From NCBI GenBank assembly GCA_052327205.1, contig CM126212.1:204910001-204974000 (forward strand): 64,000 nt of DNA, given 5' to 3'. Below the pieces are notes generated by a model. The model was not told the DNA's origin and ran no database searches. It was given only the letters and a program-made list of their open reading frames with translations. Origin of the DNA: Somniosus microcephalus. Its lineage: Eukaryota. This document shows positions 35,401-46,406 of this stretch, piece by piece; the stretch's first letter is position 1, and each line of letters begins with the position of its first letter. Both the position numbers and the translations under genes were made by a program.

Positions 35401-35964
35401 AGCTGAGAACCAATCATCTGAGGCAACAACTCAGATTCAAGGACAATCAATCAGAAAATCCTCAAGACACGTGAAGCCTCCTGAGAGACTCATTGAGCAA
35501 ATTTAAGGACTATTGTTAAAGAAGGAAGTAATGTTATCTTATTCTTTCTTCAAGTTCTAGTGTATTGACATATTTCATGTGAACACACAAAGCAAGGGTA
35601 AAAAACCTTGATCATGATAATGATAATGTAAGTTCATTAAATGTTGTTAGTTAAAAGTAAAATACTTTTGTTTTAAGAAAGGGAGATGTAATGATATCAG
35701 CAAATAGTGATGATATTTGTCTGTGTTTGATTACTTATGCCTTACAGCATATTTGTCTGTGTTTTTGATTACTTGTGCCTGACCAGCAGAGGTCATGTGA
35801 GAGACAAGCAGTCCAGAGGAGTTTTACTTTCAGTTTCATTCTAGCTGCATCACAGCATGGTGTGTTCTGTAAAAAGCTGTAGAAAGTCTTGAACAAGACT
35901 TTAGATTAAACAACATTCTCTTTCAGAAATGAGTCTTTATTGAACCCAAAAAGAAATCAAAACA
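32452..35964 (+). mobile_element. Gypsy LTR retrotransposon lacking RT and RNase H
   Basis: 278-bp LTRs 32452-32729 and 35687-35964 (1 mismatch by eye, TG...CA), TSD GGTTG, PBS tgatgtcagaagtgg (tRNA-Leu(CAA)-like with a G>A change), PPT aagaaagggaga. Confidence 0.96.
32891..35506 (+). CDS. Gag-protease-integrase polyprotein, 871 aa, no RT or RNase H
   Basis: Gag, double zinc knuckle, LDTGA protease, then directly YTPGKLMYTADTLSR (end of RNase H), HHCC, catalytic core (ADLF...TDNGPQF...NGLVEK) and C-terminal PRSY domain. Confidence 0.9.
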   Translation: MEGLLPPATLQLTGNVAENWRRFKQRVGLYLSAIGADDKSNKQKSSLFLHVVGDAALEVYNNFIFAVDGDKMKLDKIMEQFEAYCIPKRNVTFERHKFFTCVQKIGETIDQYVTELRNRSKSCEFGGLTDSLIKDRLVCGIPDNGLRERLLREQDLDLGKAIALCRVTETVKLQAKELFSDSSCNVDAVRKNGYKPFNKKSANVIKETWPANENERDNRKSCSRCDTQHPPRKCPAYGKTCYSCNKNNHYARCCKNQAQQSKVHTVDESEIEEFNVDVVSENKKERDWMLTLKVNNIHIPFKLDTGAQVNVISETDFKRIRPRPKLHGKQVKVTGYSGTDIPVKGKCIVKVTHKDREHTLALIVVPKDVQAILGLKACERLNLVKRVLIVESEGETVYDELNVAYTPGKLMYTADTLSRAVDPSEPANTTMDEKVNAYVDMITSALPIADAKMELIKTETNKDETMRRLRKSILDGWPNMKQDCSPDIAEYWNCRAELSVVEDIIYKGSKIVIPKSLRREMLKKIHGGHLGIEKCKKRAREVMYWPRINQDVTNEVSNCTICLKYRASNPVEPLKPHPAPDRPYQKVGADLFVCQGKDYLVVTDYYSLYPEVCRLYTTTAEAVIRSMKAIFSRHGVASEVFTDNGPQFNNANFRHFAKEWDFVHTTSSPHYPQSNGLVEKSVQTVKRLMHKAKDSGTDFYQSMLVYHTTPLECGMSPAQLLMGRRLRSNLPIPENLLKTKEGEKVRKFKEQQKEKQKYYYDRGTQNLPELHTGDQVRLKDKTNTWAQKGTVLSEVQPRSYTIQTDEGAVLRRNRRDLLMGPATAGQETETGEQPDHTAENQSSEATTQIQGQSIRKSSRHVKPPERLIEQI

Positions 35965-38554
35965 GGTTGTTCCCTCTTACTGGGTGCCTGCTAGGTGTGG
36001 TGTGTCTGATAGACTTAGAGAAGGGGAAAGGGTCAAGTGCACATGGTGGCAAGGGTAAGCAGCAGCAGATGAATGCCAGTGCAATGCACCACCAAGTTGT
36101 CATGCCGAGTGTGTGAGTGAGAGAGTTAAGTAGAAAGAAAAGCAAGGGAAGATAACCAAACAGCTGCTGTAAGTGGCCTCCAAGCTGGCCATCTCCAATG
36201 ATGCATGCCCTCTCTCTGCCAATGACATCAATGGCGGCCTCTTCCACTGGTGTCAGGATATGTATTGAAACAGGACCTCCTTTTGTCTTTGTGCTCTCCC
36301 CTCTGTTGTGTGCCCAGCTTCTCCTGCAAGAAGAGTGTAGTCTGTACCTTGTTGAAGGGTTTGGAAGACGTCTGAGGCAGCTTAGCATTGTGTGCATGAT
36401 GAGCTGAAGAAGCAGCAAGTGTGTCAAAGAGGGTGAAGTCATTGTGAGGGCAGTAGCAGGTTTTGAGAGTCTGACTGCAAGCAGAAGGAGGTGCAGTGAT
36501 CGGAGGAGAGGCATGGATTGATAGTGGTGGGACTAAATGATAATAATAACAAAACAGCAACAAAAAAAAACCTATTACATATATATAGCGCTTTTAACTT
36601 AGGAAAATGTTCCAAGGATTTTCCGAAAAGTGTAATCAGACAAAAATTGACATCGAGCTGTGGTAGGAAATATTAGGAGGGGTGCTGCAGGGCTGTACAG
36701 AGCCTAAGAGATGTGAAGGGGAGTCTTACCTTGGCAGCCCTGCTGATTTCCTTATTTCTTTTTCCTGCACTGCGGCCAGGTCCTGGAAGCAAAGCTGCTG
36801 GCATTGATTTGCTCTGCTATCTCTCTCCATTGCTGGGAGAAACTTGACTGGGTGCCCGTCGCCCATGGGAGGGAGAGAGAGCCTCCAATCTGCTGCATCA
36901 GAGAATCTGATGGCCCTGCCTGCTGCTTTAGAAAATTGTTTTTCATTGTCCCCCATTGAAGGAACACCTTCCCTTAAGGAGCTACAGGCTGCCTTTAAGT
37001 TGTGGCCGTCCCACCAGATTTCCTGCCCTCCTAATCTGCAAGCTGCCTATAGGAATTACAATTAGCAGTGGCAGCTCGCACATTCCACCAAAAATTGGCC
37101 ACCAAAATGACACAGACCCTCAGCCGACTGTATTGGGCGGGTGGAATGGGCCCACGGCCGACCAATCTACGCCAGGCATGAAATTCGGCCTCATTAAGTG
37201 AAACGTAAGCTCTTCAGTAGAAACTGCATTGCAATATATGACGACGATATATTTTTGCAAAAGTAATGGCGTAGATTTTCATCTCTCCTGCCTGGGCAGA
37301 GCACAATGAGTTTAATTGGCTGGGGAGGATCGTATAGCTGTAACAGAGCACGCTCAATTTTCCTTTTGTTATGGAAGGAAAATTGAATGGGTTCCATTAC
37401 GGGCGTGTGTTCGTCCCTGCCCAATATTCCTCTCTGTGTTCGCCAAGGCAATGCTTTACGCGAGGCAGTAAAGATGGAAGTCAAAGACTCATGTGAACTT
37501 GTACATTATGAATGTGGAATGAGGCAAAACCATGCCAAGAATAAATGATGTGACATTTGTGGTTAGGGAGCTGGTGATTTATTGTAATATAATTACAGTT
37601 TATGAGCAATAATGAAACAGACATTTGAAATTTTTAAATATTCTATAATTCCTAGATGTTGCCTCTGCTTTGGTGTCATTATGTGTGGAGAAATAGCCAT
37701 AATTTAGCCCTTCATGCACTTGCTATGAAACTGTTCCATTTCAATGCCCTGTCTCTTGACTTGCTTCTCTATCCAGTAATAAAACTTTGATAAAATAACC
37801 TATTAACAATACTTACCTGACACAATAATGCGAGATAGCTGACAAAATATTCACAAACATAATTAATCACTGCCTTCCTGGTGCAGATATTTCACGAACT
37901 AGCTTTTGAGACAACAACAAGCTTAAGGGACCACTATTTCAACAAGACCTCTGTGAAGCTTCAGGAGAACACCTCTTTAATTTTGTTTTATCACCGTGAA
38001 ACCAGTATTAAATCATACCTTCATCATTGCCCACCGATATCGGTGCGACTCATCCTGGTCTACTCACCTGACAATTTAGTGTAGTTTCCATGACAACCCT
38101 TCTACAATGTTGAAAACATGCTGTGAAGTGTTTTTTTCACTCTTCACATGCAAACTCACTCTTTTCAGAATGCCAAATTACCATCTATTGCGGGTGAGAC
38201 TGCAGTGTTCTAGTTTTGCCTAAAATTATCTTTAATACCAGATTTTCTTAGTGATTTCAAAAATTGAAATGGAAGCAGCAAGCATATAAAAAGGGTTTTT
38301 TCACAGAGCCTAAGGAACGAGAACAGCCTGCTTCAAAAATCTCATATGTATCCTGTATATTTGATTGCTACGTAAAATTATACTGAAGCAAATATTATAT
38401 AGGCTGCAGCACAAACTTATGCATTCTAGTTTCACTGTTTCTATATTCAGTTCCATTGAAGTCATAGAAACATAGAAGATAGGAGCAGTAGTAGGCCATT
38501 CGGCCCTTCGAGCCTGCTCCGCCATTCAATGAGATCATGGCTGATCATCCAAAT

Positions 38555-41413
38555 TCAGTACCCTGTCCCTGCCTTCTCCCCATATCCCTTGATCCCTTTA
38601 GCCTCAAGAAATATATCCAACTCTTTCTTGAATATATTTAATGAACTGGCCTCCACCGCCCTCTGTGGCAGAGAATTCCACAGGTTCACCACTCTCTGGG
38701 TGAAGAAATTCCTCCTCATTTCAGTCCTAAATGGCTTACCCGTTATCCTTAGACTATGACCCCTGGTTCTGGACTCCCCAGCCATCAGAAACATCCTTCC
38801 TGCATCTAATCTGTCCAGACCTGACAGAATTTTATAGGTTTCGATGAGATCCCCTCTCAATCTTCTAAACGCCAGTGAGTATAAGCCCAATCGACACAAT
38901 CTCTCCTCATACGTCATTCCTGCCATCCCAGGTATCAGCCTGGTGAATCTTCGCTGCACTCCCTCCATGGCAAGAACGTCCTTCCTCAGGTAAGGTGACC
39001 AAAACTGCACACAATACTCAAGGTGTGGTCTCACCAAGGCCCTGTACAAATGTAGCAAGACATCCTTGTTCCTGTACTCGAACCCTCTTGCTACGAAGGC
39101 CAACATGCCATTTGCCTTCTTAACCGCCTGCTGCACCTGCATGCTTACCTTCAGCGACTGGTGCACAAGAACACCCAGGTCTCTTTGCACTTCCCCTTCT
39201 CCCAATCTATTGCCATTCAAATAATAATCTGCCTTCCTGTTTTTGCCACCAAAGTGGATAACCTCACATTTATCCACATTATAGTGCATTTGCCATGTTT
39301 CTGCCCAATCACCCAACCTGTTCAAATCGTACTGGAGTTTCACGATATCCTCCTCACAGCTTACCCTCCCACCCAGCTTTGTGTCATCTGCAAATTTGGA
39401 GATATTACATCCAATTCCCTCGTCCAGATCATTAATATATATTGTGAACAGCTGGGGTCCTAGGACCGATCCTTGCGGTACCCCACTAGTCACTGCCTGC
39501 CACTCGGAAAACGACCCGTTTATTCCAACTCTTTGCTTTCTGTCCGCCAACCAGTTCTCTATCCAAGTCAATACCTTGCCCCCAATCCCATGTGCCTTAA
39601 TTTTGCATGCTAATCTCTTATGTGGGACCTTATCGAAAGCCTTCTGAAAGTCCAAATACACCACATCCACTGGTTCTCCCTTATCTATTTTACCAGTTAC
39701 ATCCTCAAAAAATCCAGTAGATTAGTCAAGCACGATTTACCTTTTGTAAATCCATGTTGACTTTGTCCGATCCTGTCACTGCTTTCCAAGTGCTCTGCTA
39801 TTACATCTTTTATAACAGACTCGAGCATTTTCCCCACTACCGATGTCAGGCTTACCGGTCTATAATTCCCCGCTCTTTCTCTACCACCTTTTTTGAATAG
39901 TGGGGTAATATTAGCTACCCGCCAATCCATGGGTACCGTTCCAGAGTCTATCGAGTTCTGGAAGATCACCAGCAATGCATCTACTATCTCTAGGGCCACT
40001 TCCTTAAGTACCCTGGGATGTAGACCATTAGGCCCTGGGGATTTATCAGCCTTCAGTCCCATCAATTTTCCTAACACCATTTCCCTACAAATACTGATTT
40101 CTTTCAGTTCCTCCCTTTCATCAAACCCTATGTTCCCCGGCATCTCTGGGAGGTTATTTGTGTCCTCCTTTGTGAAGACAGAACCGAAGTATGTATTTAG
40201 TTGGTCTGCCATTTCCTTGTTTCCCATTATAAATTCCCCTGATTCTGACTAAGGGAGCTACGCTTGACTTCACCAATCTTTTTCTCTTCACATATCTATA
40301 AAAGCTTTTACAGTCAGTTTTTATGTTCCCTGCTAGCTTACTCTCATATTTTATTTTCCCTTTCTTAATTAATCCCTTTGTCCTCCTTTGTTGACTCCTA
40401 AACTGCTCCCAATCCTCAGGATTATTGCTTTTTCTAGCCAATTTATATGTCCTCTCCTTGGATCTTATGCTATCCCTAATTTCCCTTGTTAGCCACGGTT
40501 GAGTCACCTTTTTTGTTTTATTTTTATGCCAAACTGGGATGAACAAATTTTGTAGCTCATCCATTCGGTCTTTGAATGTTTGCCATTGCCTATCCACCGT
40601 CAACCCTTTGAGTGCCATTCCCCAATCAATCCTACCCAACTCGCTCCTCAGACTATCGTGGTTTCCTTTATTTAAATTGAGGACCCTTGTCTCTGAGTCA
40701 ACTACTTCATTCTCCATCTTAATGAAGAATTCGATCATATTATGATCGCTCTGACGCAAGGGGCCTCGTACAACAAGATTGCTAATTAATCCTTTCTCGT
40801 TACATAATACCCAGTCTAAGATGGCCTGATCTCTGGTTGGTTCCTCGACATATTGGTCCAGGAAACCATCCCGTAAACACTCCAGGAATTCCTCCTCCAC
40901 AGTATTGTTACTAATTTGGTTGGCCCAATCTATATGTAGATTAAAGTCACCCATGATGACTACTGTGCCCTTATTGCACCCTTCTTTAATTTCCCTTTTA
41001 ATGCCATCCCCAACCTCCGCCTTACTGTTTGGAGGTCTATATACCACTCCCACTAATGTTTTTTTCCCCTTGGTATTTCTCAATTCTACCCATACAGATT
41101 CCACATCATCAGAGCTAATATCCTTCATTACAATTGTATTAATCCCTTCTTTAACCAGTAATGCTACCCTACCTCCCTTTCCTTTTTGCCTATCTTTCCT
41201 GAATACCGAATACCCCTGGATGTTGAGTTCCCAGTCTTGGCCATCCTTGAGCCACGTTTCCGTAATCCCAACCAAATCATATTCGTTTACCTCTATTTGC
41301 ACAGCCAATTCATCCACCTTATTACAAATGCTCCTCGCATTAAGACACAAAGCCTTCAGGCTTGTTTTTTTAACGCTCTTAGACCTATTAGAATTATTAT
41401 TTACTGTGGCCAC
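38555..41413 (-). pseudogene. CR1 ORF2 (APE endonuclease-RT), frameshifted near 40250 and 39712
   Basis: NARS, ITETW, GDFN, SDH endonuclease motifs; FADD RT motif; split into three ORFs. Confidence 0.92.
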
Positions 41414-41535
41414 ATTTGATTTAAACCGTTGATTTCTCTGACTGCCACTTTTGTTTTTCTCCTTCCTATCTTTTGCTTTTATCCCTGTTTTCCTTTCCTC
41501 TGTCTCCCTGCTCAGGTTCCCAACCCCCTGCCATT

Positions 41536-42465
41536 TTAGTTTAAACCCCCCCGAACAGTGCTAGCAAACCTCCCCACAAGGATATTTGTCCCGCTCTGGT
41601 TCAGGTGCAACCCGTCCGACTTGTACAAGTCCCACCTTTCCCAGAAGCAGACCCAGTGATCCAGGAAACTAAAGCCCTCCCTCCTGCACCAACTCTTTAG
41701 CCACGCATTCATCTGCTCTATCCTCCTATTCCTATACTCACTAGCACGTGGCACCGGGAGTAATCCAGTGATTACAACCTTTGAGGTCCTACTCTTTAAT
41801 CTGCTACCTAGCTCCCTAAATTCTTGCTGCAGGACCTCATCCCTCTTCCTACCTATGTCGTTGGTCCCAATGTGAACCACGACCTCTGCCTGTTCACCCT
41901 CCCCCTTCAGAATGCCCTGCAGCCTTTCAGTGACATCCTTGACCCTGGCACCAGGGAGGTAACAAACCATCTTGGAGTCATGTCTACGGCCACAGAAAAG
42001 CCTATCTGTTCCCCTTACGATAGAATCCCCTACCACTATTGCTCTCCCACTCTTTTTCCTCCCTTCCTGAGCAGCAGAAGCACCCCTGGTGCCAGGAAGT
42101 TGGCTGCTGCTGCCTTCCCCTGGTGAGTCATCCCCCTCAACAGTATCCAAATTGGTATACCTGTTTGAAAGGGGGATGGCCACAGGGGTCCCCTGCACTA
42201 CCTGCCTGCTTCTATTGCTCCACCTGGTGGTCACCCATTTCCCTTCTGCCTGTGCAGCCCTACCCTGCGGCGTGACCAACTCATCAAACGTGTAATCGAC
42301 GACCCTCTCAGCATCGTGAATGCTGGACAACCCATCCATCCGCAGTTCCAGCGCCTGAATATGGCTCGTTAGTAGCTGCAGCTGGATGCATTTCTGGCAC
42401 ACGTGGTCGTCAGGGACACTGGCAGCATCCCTGAATTCCCACATAGAGCAAGAGGAGCATAACAC
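41536..42465 (-). CDS. CR1 ORF1 (zinc finger plus SGNH/GDSL esterase)
   Basis: CSSCSMW...CQKC, VGDSIVRG, HIGTNDI, DGLHLN motifs. Confidence 0.9.
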   Translation of the reverse strand: MLCSSCSMWEFRDAASVPDDHVCQKCIQLQLLTSHIQALELRMDGLSSIHDAERVVDYTFDELVTPQGRAAQAEGKWVTTRWSNRSRQVVQGTPVAIPLSNRYTNLDTVEGDDSPGEGSSSQLPGTRGASAAQEGRKKSGRAIVVGDSIVRGTDRLFCGRRHDSKMVCYLPGARVKDVTERLQGILKGEGEQAEVVVHIGTNDIGRKRDEVLQQEFRELGSRLKSRTSKVVITGLLPVPRASEYRNRRIEQMNAWLKSWCRREGFSFLDHWVCFWERWDLYKSDGLHLNQSGTNILVGRFASTVRGGLN

Positions 42466-42479
42466 GGGCAGGGCGTATA

Positions 42480-44285
42480 ATGGGTGACCAATGCAATACC
42501 GCCCATTTTGCGCTACTGCCCAAAGTGAATTTCTATCCCTTCATCTCCCTCAACAACACTTGCTGTCACTCCTTTCACCCCTCCTCACCACTCTCAACAA
42601 TTCCCTCCCCTCCATCACATCCTTCAACATACAAGCACAAGGGCACATTGCAACATCTCTCTCATTCCAAACGCACCCATCTCTTCCTTTGCTCTCTTCA
42701 CTCCACACACTAACAGAATTCTCTCCTCACCTCCTAGCACTTGCACAACCATCAACTCCTCCTAGCACTCCTTTCACACCACATTCCACACACTTGGCTT
42801 TACGTTCATCACTTCCCCATCCTCATTCCATCTTGCTTCTTCTCCAGCTCTTAGCACATGCACCGTATGTACAAGCCCATCACATCTCCATTTACCGTTT
42901 CAATGGCCACTCACTAACTCTCCCCTCTCTTCCTGCAGGACCAAACAGCACATAATGCAAGTGAGAGGGCCAAGACTGGAGGAGGAGTATCTAACATCAT
43001 AGCCCACACCCAAGCGGAGCAAGAAGCTCTGGACATTAGTGGCCCGGGAAAAGCCATGAGCATCGGGGAAGGTGAGGCTGGTGACTTATCTCAGCAGGTT
43101 GTCTGCATATTACTTATAACCCTTCATTCACCTCAACAAATATTCAGTAAGCTTCTCAACTTCGAGCTGCATTCTGAAGACGGTCACCGGCTAATGACCA
43201 GCCTCTCAGTACCATCATAACTTTTGTCCTTTTTCTCTTTCCTCTAGGTCCTTCTCAGTAGCAAAAGCTTCCTGCAAAAGATACCTTGGAGGAGGACAAT
43301 TGTCATTGATATAGATTTTGGCTGAATGGCTTCAATATTCTTTAATGTAGTATTAAGGAAGTGGTGAAGGATGTAACGGTGACTTTTAATGTAGCAAGGC
43401 TTTTCTCTTGCTGCAAGGTATTGAGGGAGCTCTCCTTCTGCTGCTTCCTCGCTTTCTCCAAGGCCTTCCTCATCCAATGAGGATTGCTGCTGCTGCACTG
43501 CCTCCTCCAAATGCAGGTTTCTCTGTGCCAAGGTTGTGCAGGATGCAGGAGACTCTTTGTGGGGCATATTGTAGGGATCCCCCAGACCTGTTCAGATACC
43601 TGAACTGCTGCTTCAGCAGTCCTACCGTCTGCTCAATAATCATCCGGATGATCCCATGGCATTGATTATACCTGTGTTGCTCAGGCTTGGTGGGGTTGTG
43701 GAAGGGTGTCATGAGCCACATGTGTAGGGGATTTCTCTTGTCTCCCAGCAGCCACCCTGTTATGTTGGTGGAAGGTTCTAATATTGGGGGCATGGTTGAG
43801 TGTTGTAGGATAAATATATTGTGACAGCTACCTGGGTACCTTGCACAAACTTGTATGATCCAGTTTCTGTGATCGGAGACTTGTTGGACATTACTGAAGT
43901 GGTAGCCTTTTCTATTGATGAATGTTGCTGGCTGGTGTCCTGATGGCAACATATGTGCAGTCAATGACGATCTAGACGTGAGAGAAGACAGCCACTGCTG
44001 CAAATCCCTGAGCTCTCTCCTGCTGCCTGTTGAGGTCACTGGGGAAGGTGATGTATTGGTCAGCCCTGGCGAACAGAGCATTGGTGACTTCCGTAATGCA
44101 ACTGTGCACTGTGGACTGGGAGATACAGGTGACCGCTTGTAGCAGACTGGAAGGAGGCAGTGGCAAAGAAGTTGAGGTCTGCAGTGACTTTGAGAGCCAC
44201 TAGCAAAGCATGGCCTCCCTGGTTGAGCAGGCAGCAGGTCATGTTGCAGAATGTTACAGAGGTCTGCAACAGCCTGATGTTGTGT
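42480..44285. mobile_element. Harbinger internal remnant
   Basis: Minus-strand nuclease (FINRKGYHF, ARYPGSCH, WLLGDK, WLMTP, IEQTVGLLKQQFRYL) convergent with a + strand Myb/SANT exon at 42939 (AHNASERAKTGGG). Confidence 0.8.
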
Positions 44286-44611
44286 TAAAAAGGCACTACC
44301 ATCGTAATAATAATCATAATATGATAGCAGTGATCATAATATGATAACATTTTATATTGAGTTTGAGAGTGATTTAGTTAAGTCCAAAATTAGGGTCTTA
44401 AATCTGAACAATGCAAACTATGTAGGTATGAGAGGTGAGTTGGCTAAGGTAGTTTGGGAAGCTAGATTAAAAGATATGATGGTAGAAAAGCAATGGTAAA
44501 CATTTAAAGAAATAATTCATAAGTCACAACGAATATAAATTCCCTAAAGGAATAAAAACCCCATGGAAAAAATGGTGCAACCGTGGATAACAAGAGAAGT
44601 TAAAGAATGTA

Positions 44612-45238
44612 ACAATAGAAAATGCTGGAAAAACTCAACAGGCCAGGCAACATCTGTGGAGAGAGAAATAGAGTCAACGTTTTGAGTCAAACCCTTTGTC
44701 AAGACTGAAAAAGCACAGGAAATGAAACAAATTAAAAAGCCAGTCTGGGGGCTGGGAGAGAACAAAAGAGAAGTGAAGAGACATTAAGAGCTATTCAAAA
44801 TGAGACGCGATGGTGATAGGACTAGTGGAGACAAAAGACAGCTCTAGATTAGGTGTGAAATGCGCTGGCAGAATGGAAGACAGCTGCCATGTGGGAGAGA
44901 AAAAAAGGGAGGGAGGGCCAAAACAAAGGTGTGGATAAAAAATATAAGTAAAAATGTAATGGGGGCTGAGGTTATGATCTGAAATTGTTGAACTCGATAT
45001 TGAGTCCGGAAGGCTGCAAAGTGCCTAATCGGAAGATGAGGTACTGTTCCTCGAGCTTACCCTGAGCTTCCGTGGAACAATGCAAAAGCATGAGTATGGT
45101 GAGGTCTGAGTGGGAATGGGGCGGTGAATTAAAATGACAGGCGACCGGAAGCTTGGGGTCATCCTTACAGACTGAATGGAGATGTTCCGCAAAGCGGTCA
45201 CCCAATCTGCGTTTGGTCTCCTCAATTTGCTATCGTAC
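44612..45238 (-). mobile_element. 5'-truncated Penelope-like element
   Basis: GIY-YIG C-terminal part (GETKRRLGDRFAEH...HFN...LGTLQPSGLN); 15-bp TSD aagttaaagaatgta (44597-44611, 45239-45253). Confidence 0.85.
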
Positions 45239-45538
45239 AAGTTAAAGAATGTATTGGATTAAAGAAAAAGGCTTATAATGTGGCCAAAAAAAAGTAGTAA
45301 GCCTGAGGATTGGGAGGATTTTAGAATTCAGCAAAGGAGGACCAAGAAATTGATAAAGAGAGAGAAAATAGAATATGAGAGTAAACCAGCAAGAGACATA
45401 AAAACAGATTGTAAAAGCTTCTATAGGTATGTAAAAAGGAAGAGATTAGCAAAAGTAAACATGGGTCCCTTACAGGCAGAGACAGGAGAATTTATAATGG
45501 GGAATAAGGAAATGGCAGAGATATTAAACAAATACATT

Positions 45539-46406
45539 GGGGGGAATTTTGCCGGCGCTCAGGGGGTGAGTTTGGAGGCGGGACCAGTGGCAAAATTGCA
45601 AAGATTGACAGCGGATCCCGAACCCGCTGTCAAGCCACCTCCAAACAATCTTTCCGTGTGTTGGGTCCCCAATTTGCGTATGGACCCGACACCTGGTGGT
45701 GGGAAGAGGATTATAGGCACTTAATTGCTTGTTAACAGGTTGTTATCAGGCTGTTAAGAGGCTTTTTCCAATTTTGACAGGTCTACTGCAGGCTTCCCAA
45801 AGTCCGGACACCACGCCAGGGTAAGTGTGGTGTGCTGTGGGTCTACTGTAATGTTTCTTCATTGATGACAGCTGCAGAAGTGGTGTGAAGGATCCAATAG
45901 TACACTGGTGAGTTTCAGAGGTAAGAAAATGTTGGAAAAATCATTTTTAATGTATTTAGACTTTTCTGTAGGTAACAGGTTTCGAAGTGTTTGTGTAGAC
46001 CCACCTCATTGAGAGAACCTCTCTCACCAGTGACAGATCGCCTCTGTAATCTCACCTGCAGCTGCCATCTGTTCTCGCCTAAGGAGTGAGTCACTGGAGA
46101 GTCTGGGTGCAAGGGCTCACCTTTGTACAGTTATTGTCAGTGTTTGCAGCACCTTAATGCTGTCAAACACTGAAAAAGCACCTGTCAAAAAAATTGTGCG
46201 TGGCCCCTTTAAGAAAACACGTCATCAACTGACGTCATCTGACACCGGCTTTCTCTTAATTGGTTGGCAAGCCCGCAGGATGGGCTTAACAAGGCCAATT
46301 GATGCAAAATAGTGTCTGTGCATCGGACGTCATTGGGGGGCGGGATCGGAACCCGGAAGGCAGCTGTCCCGCCCCCAAGCCGCATCAAAAAGGTAAAATC
46401 CAGCCC
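45539..46406. mobile_element. Harbinger-type MITE inside CR1
   Basis: Termini ggggggaattttgcc / aaaatccagccc; the CR1 sequence (aaatac...tttgtatctgtcttc) resumes across it. Confidence 0.8.

Larger units (their letters stand above)
30340..37190. mobile_element. Decayed PIF/Harbinger transposon interrupted by Gypsy element 2
   Basis: HARBI1-type nuclease remnant on + at 30700-31200 (RRLHFSREAVTEL, ALPIAVKVT, GFSQVQGLTDCFH, KGFHSIHVQLVCD). Myb/SANT remnant on - at 36180-36960 (RTWPQCRKK). Right end gaaattcggcc. Left boundary approximate. Confidence 0.7.
38463..42478 (-). mobile_element. Near-full-length CR1 LINE
   Basis: ORF1 plus ORF2 (endonuclease and RT) with two frameshifts; (tttctatg)n tail. 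Confidence 0.95.
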
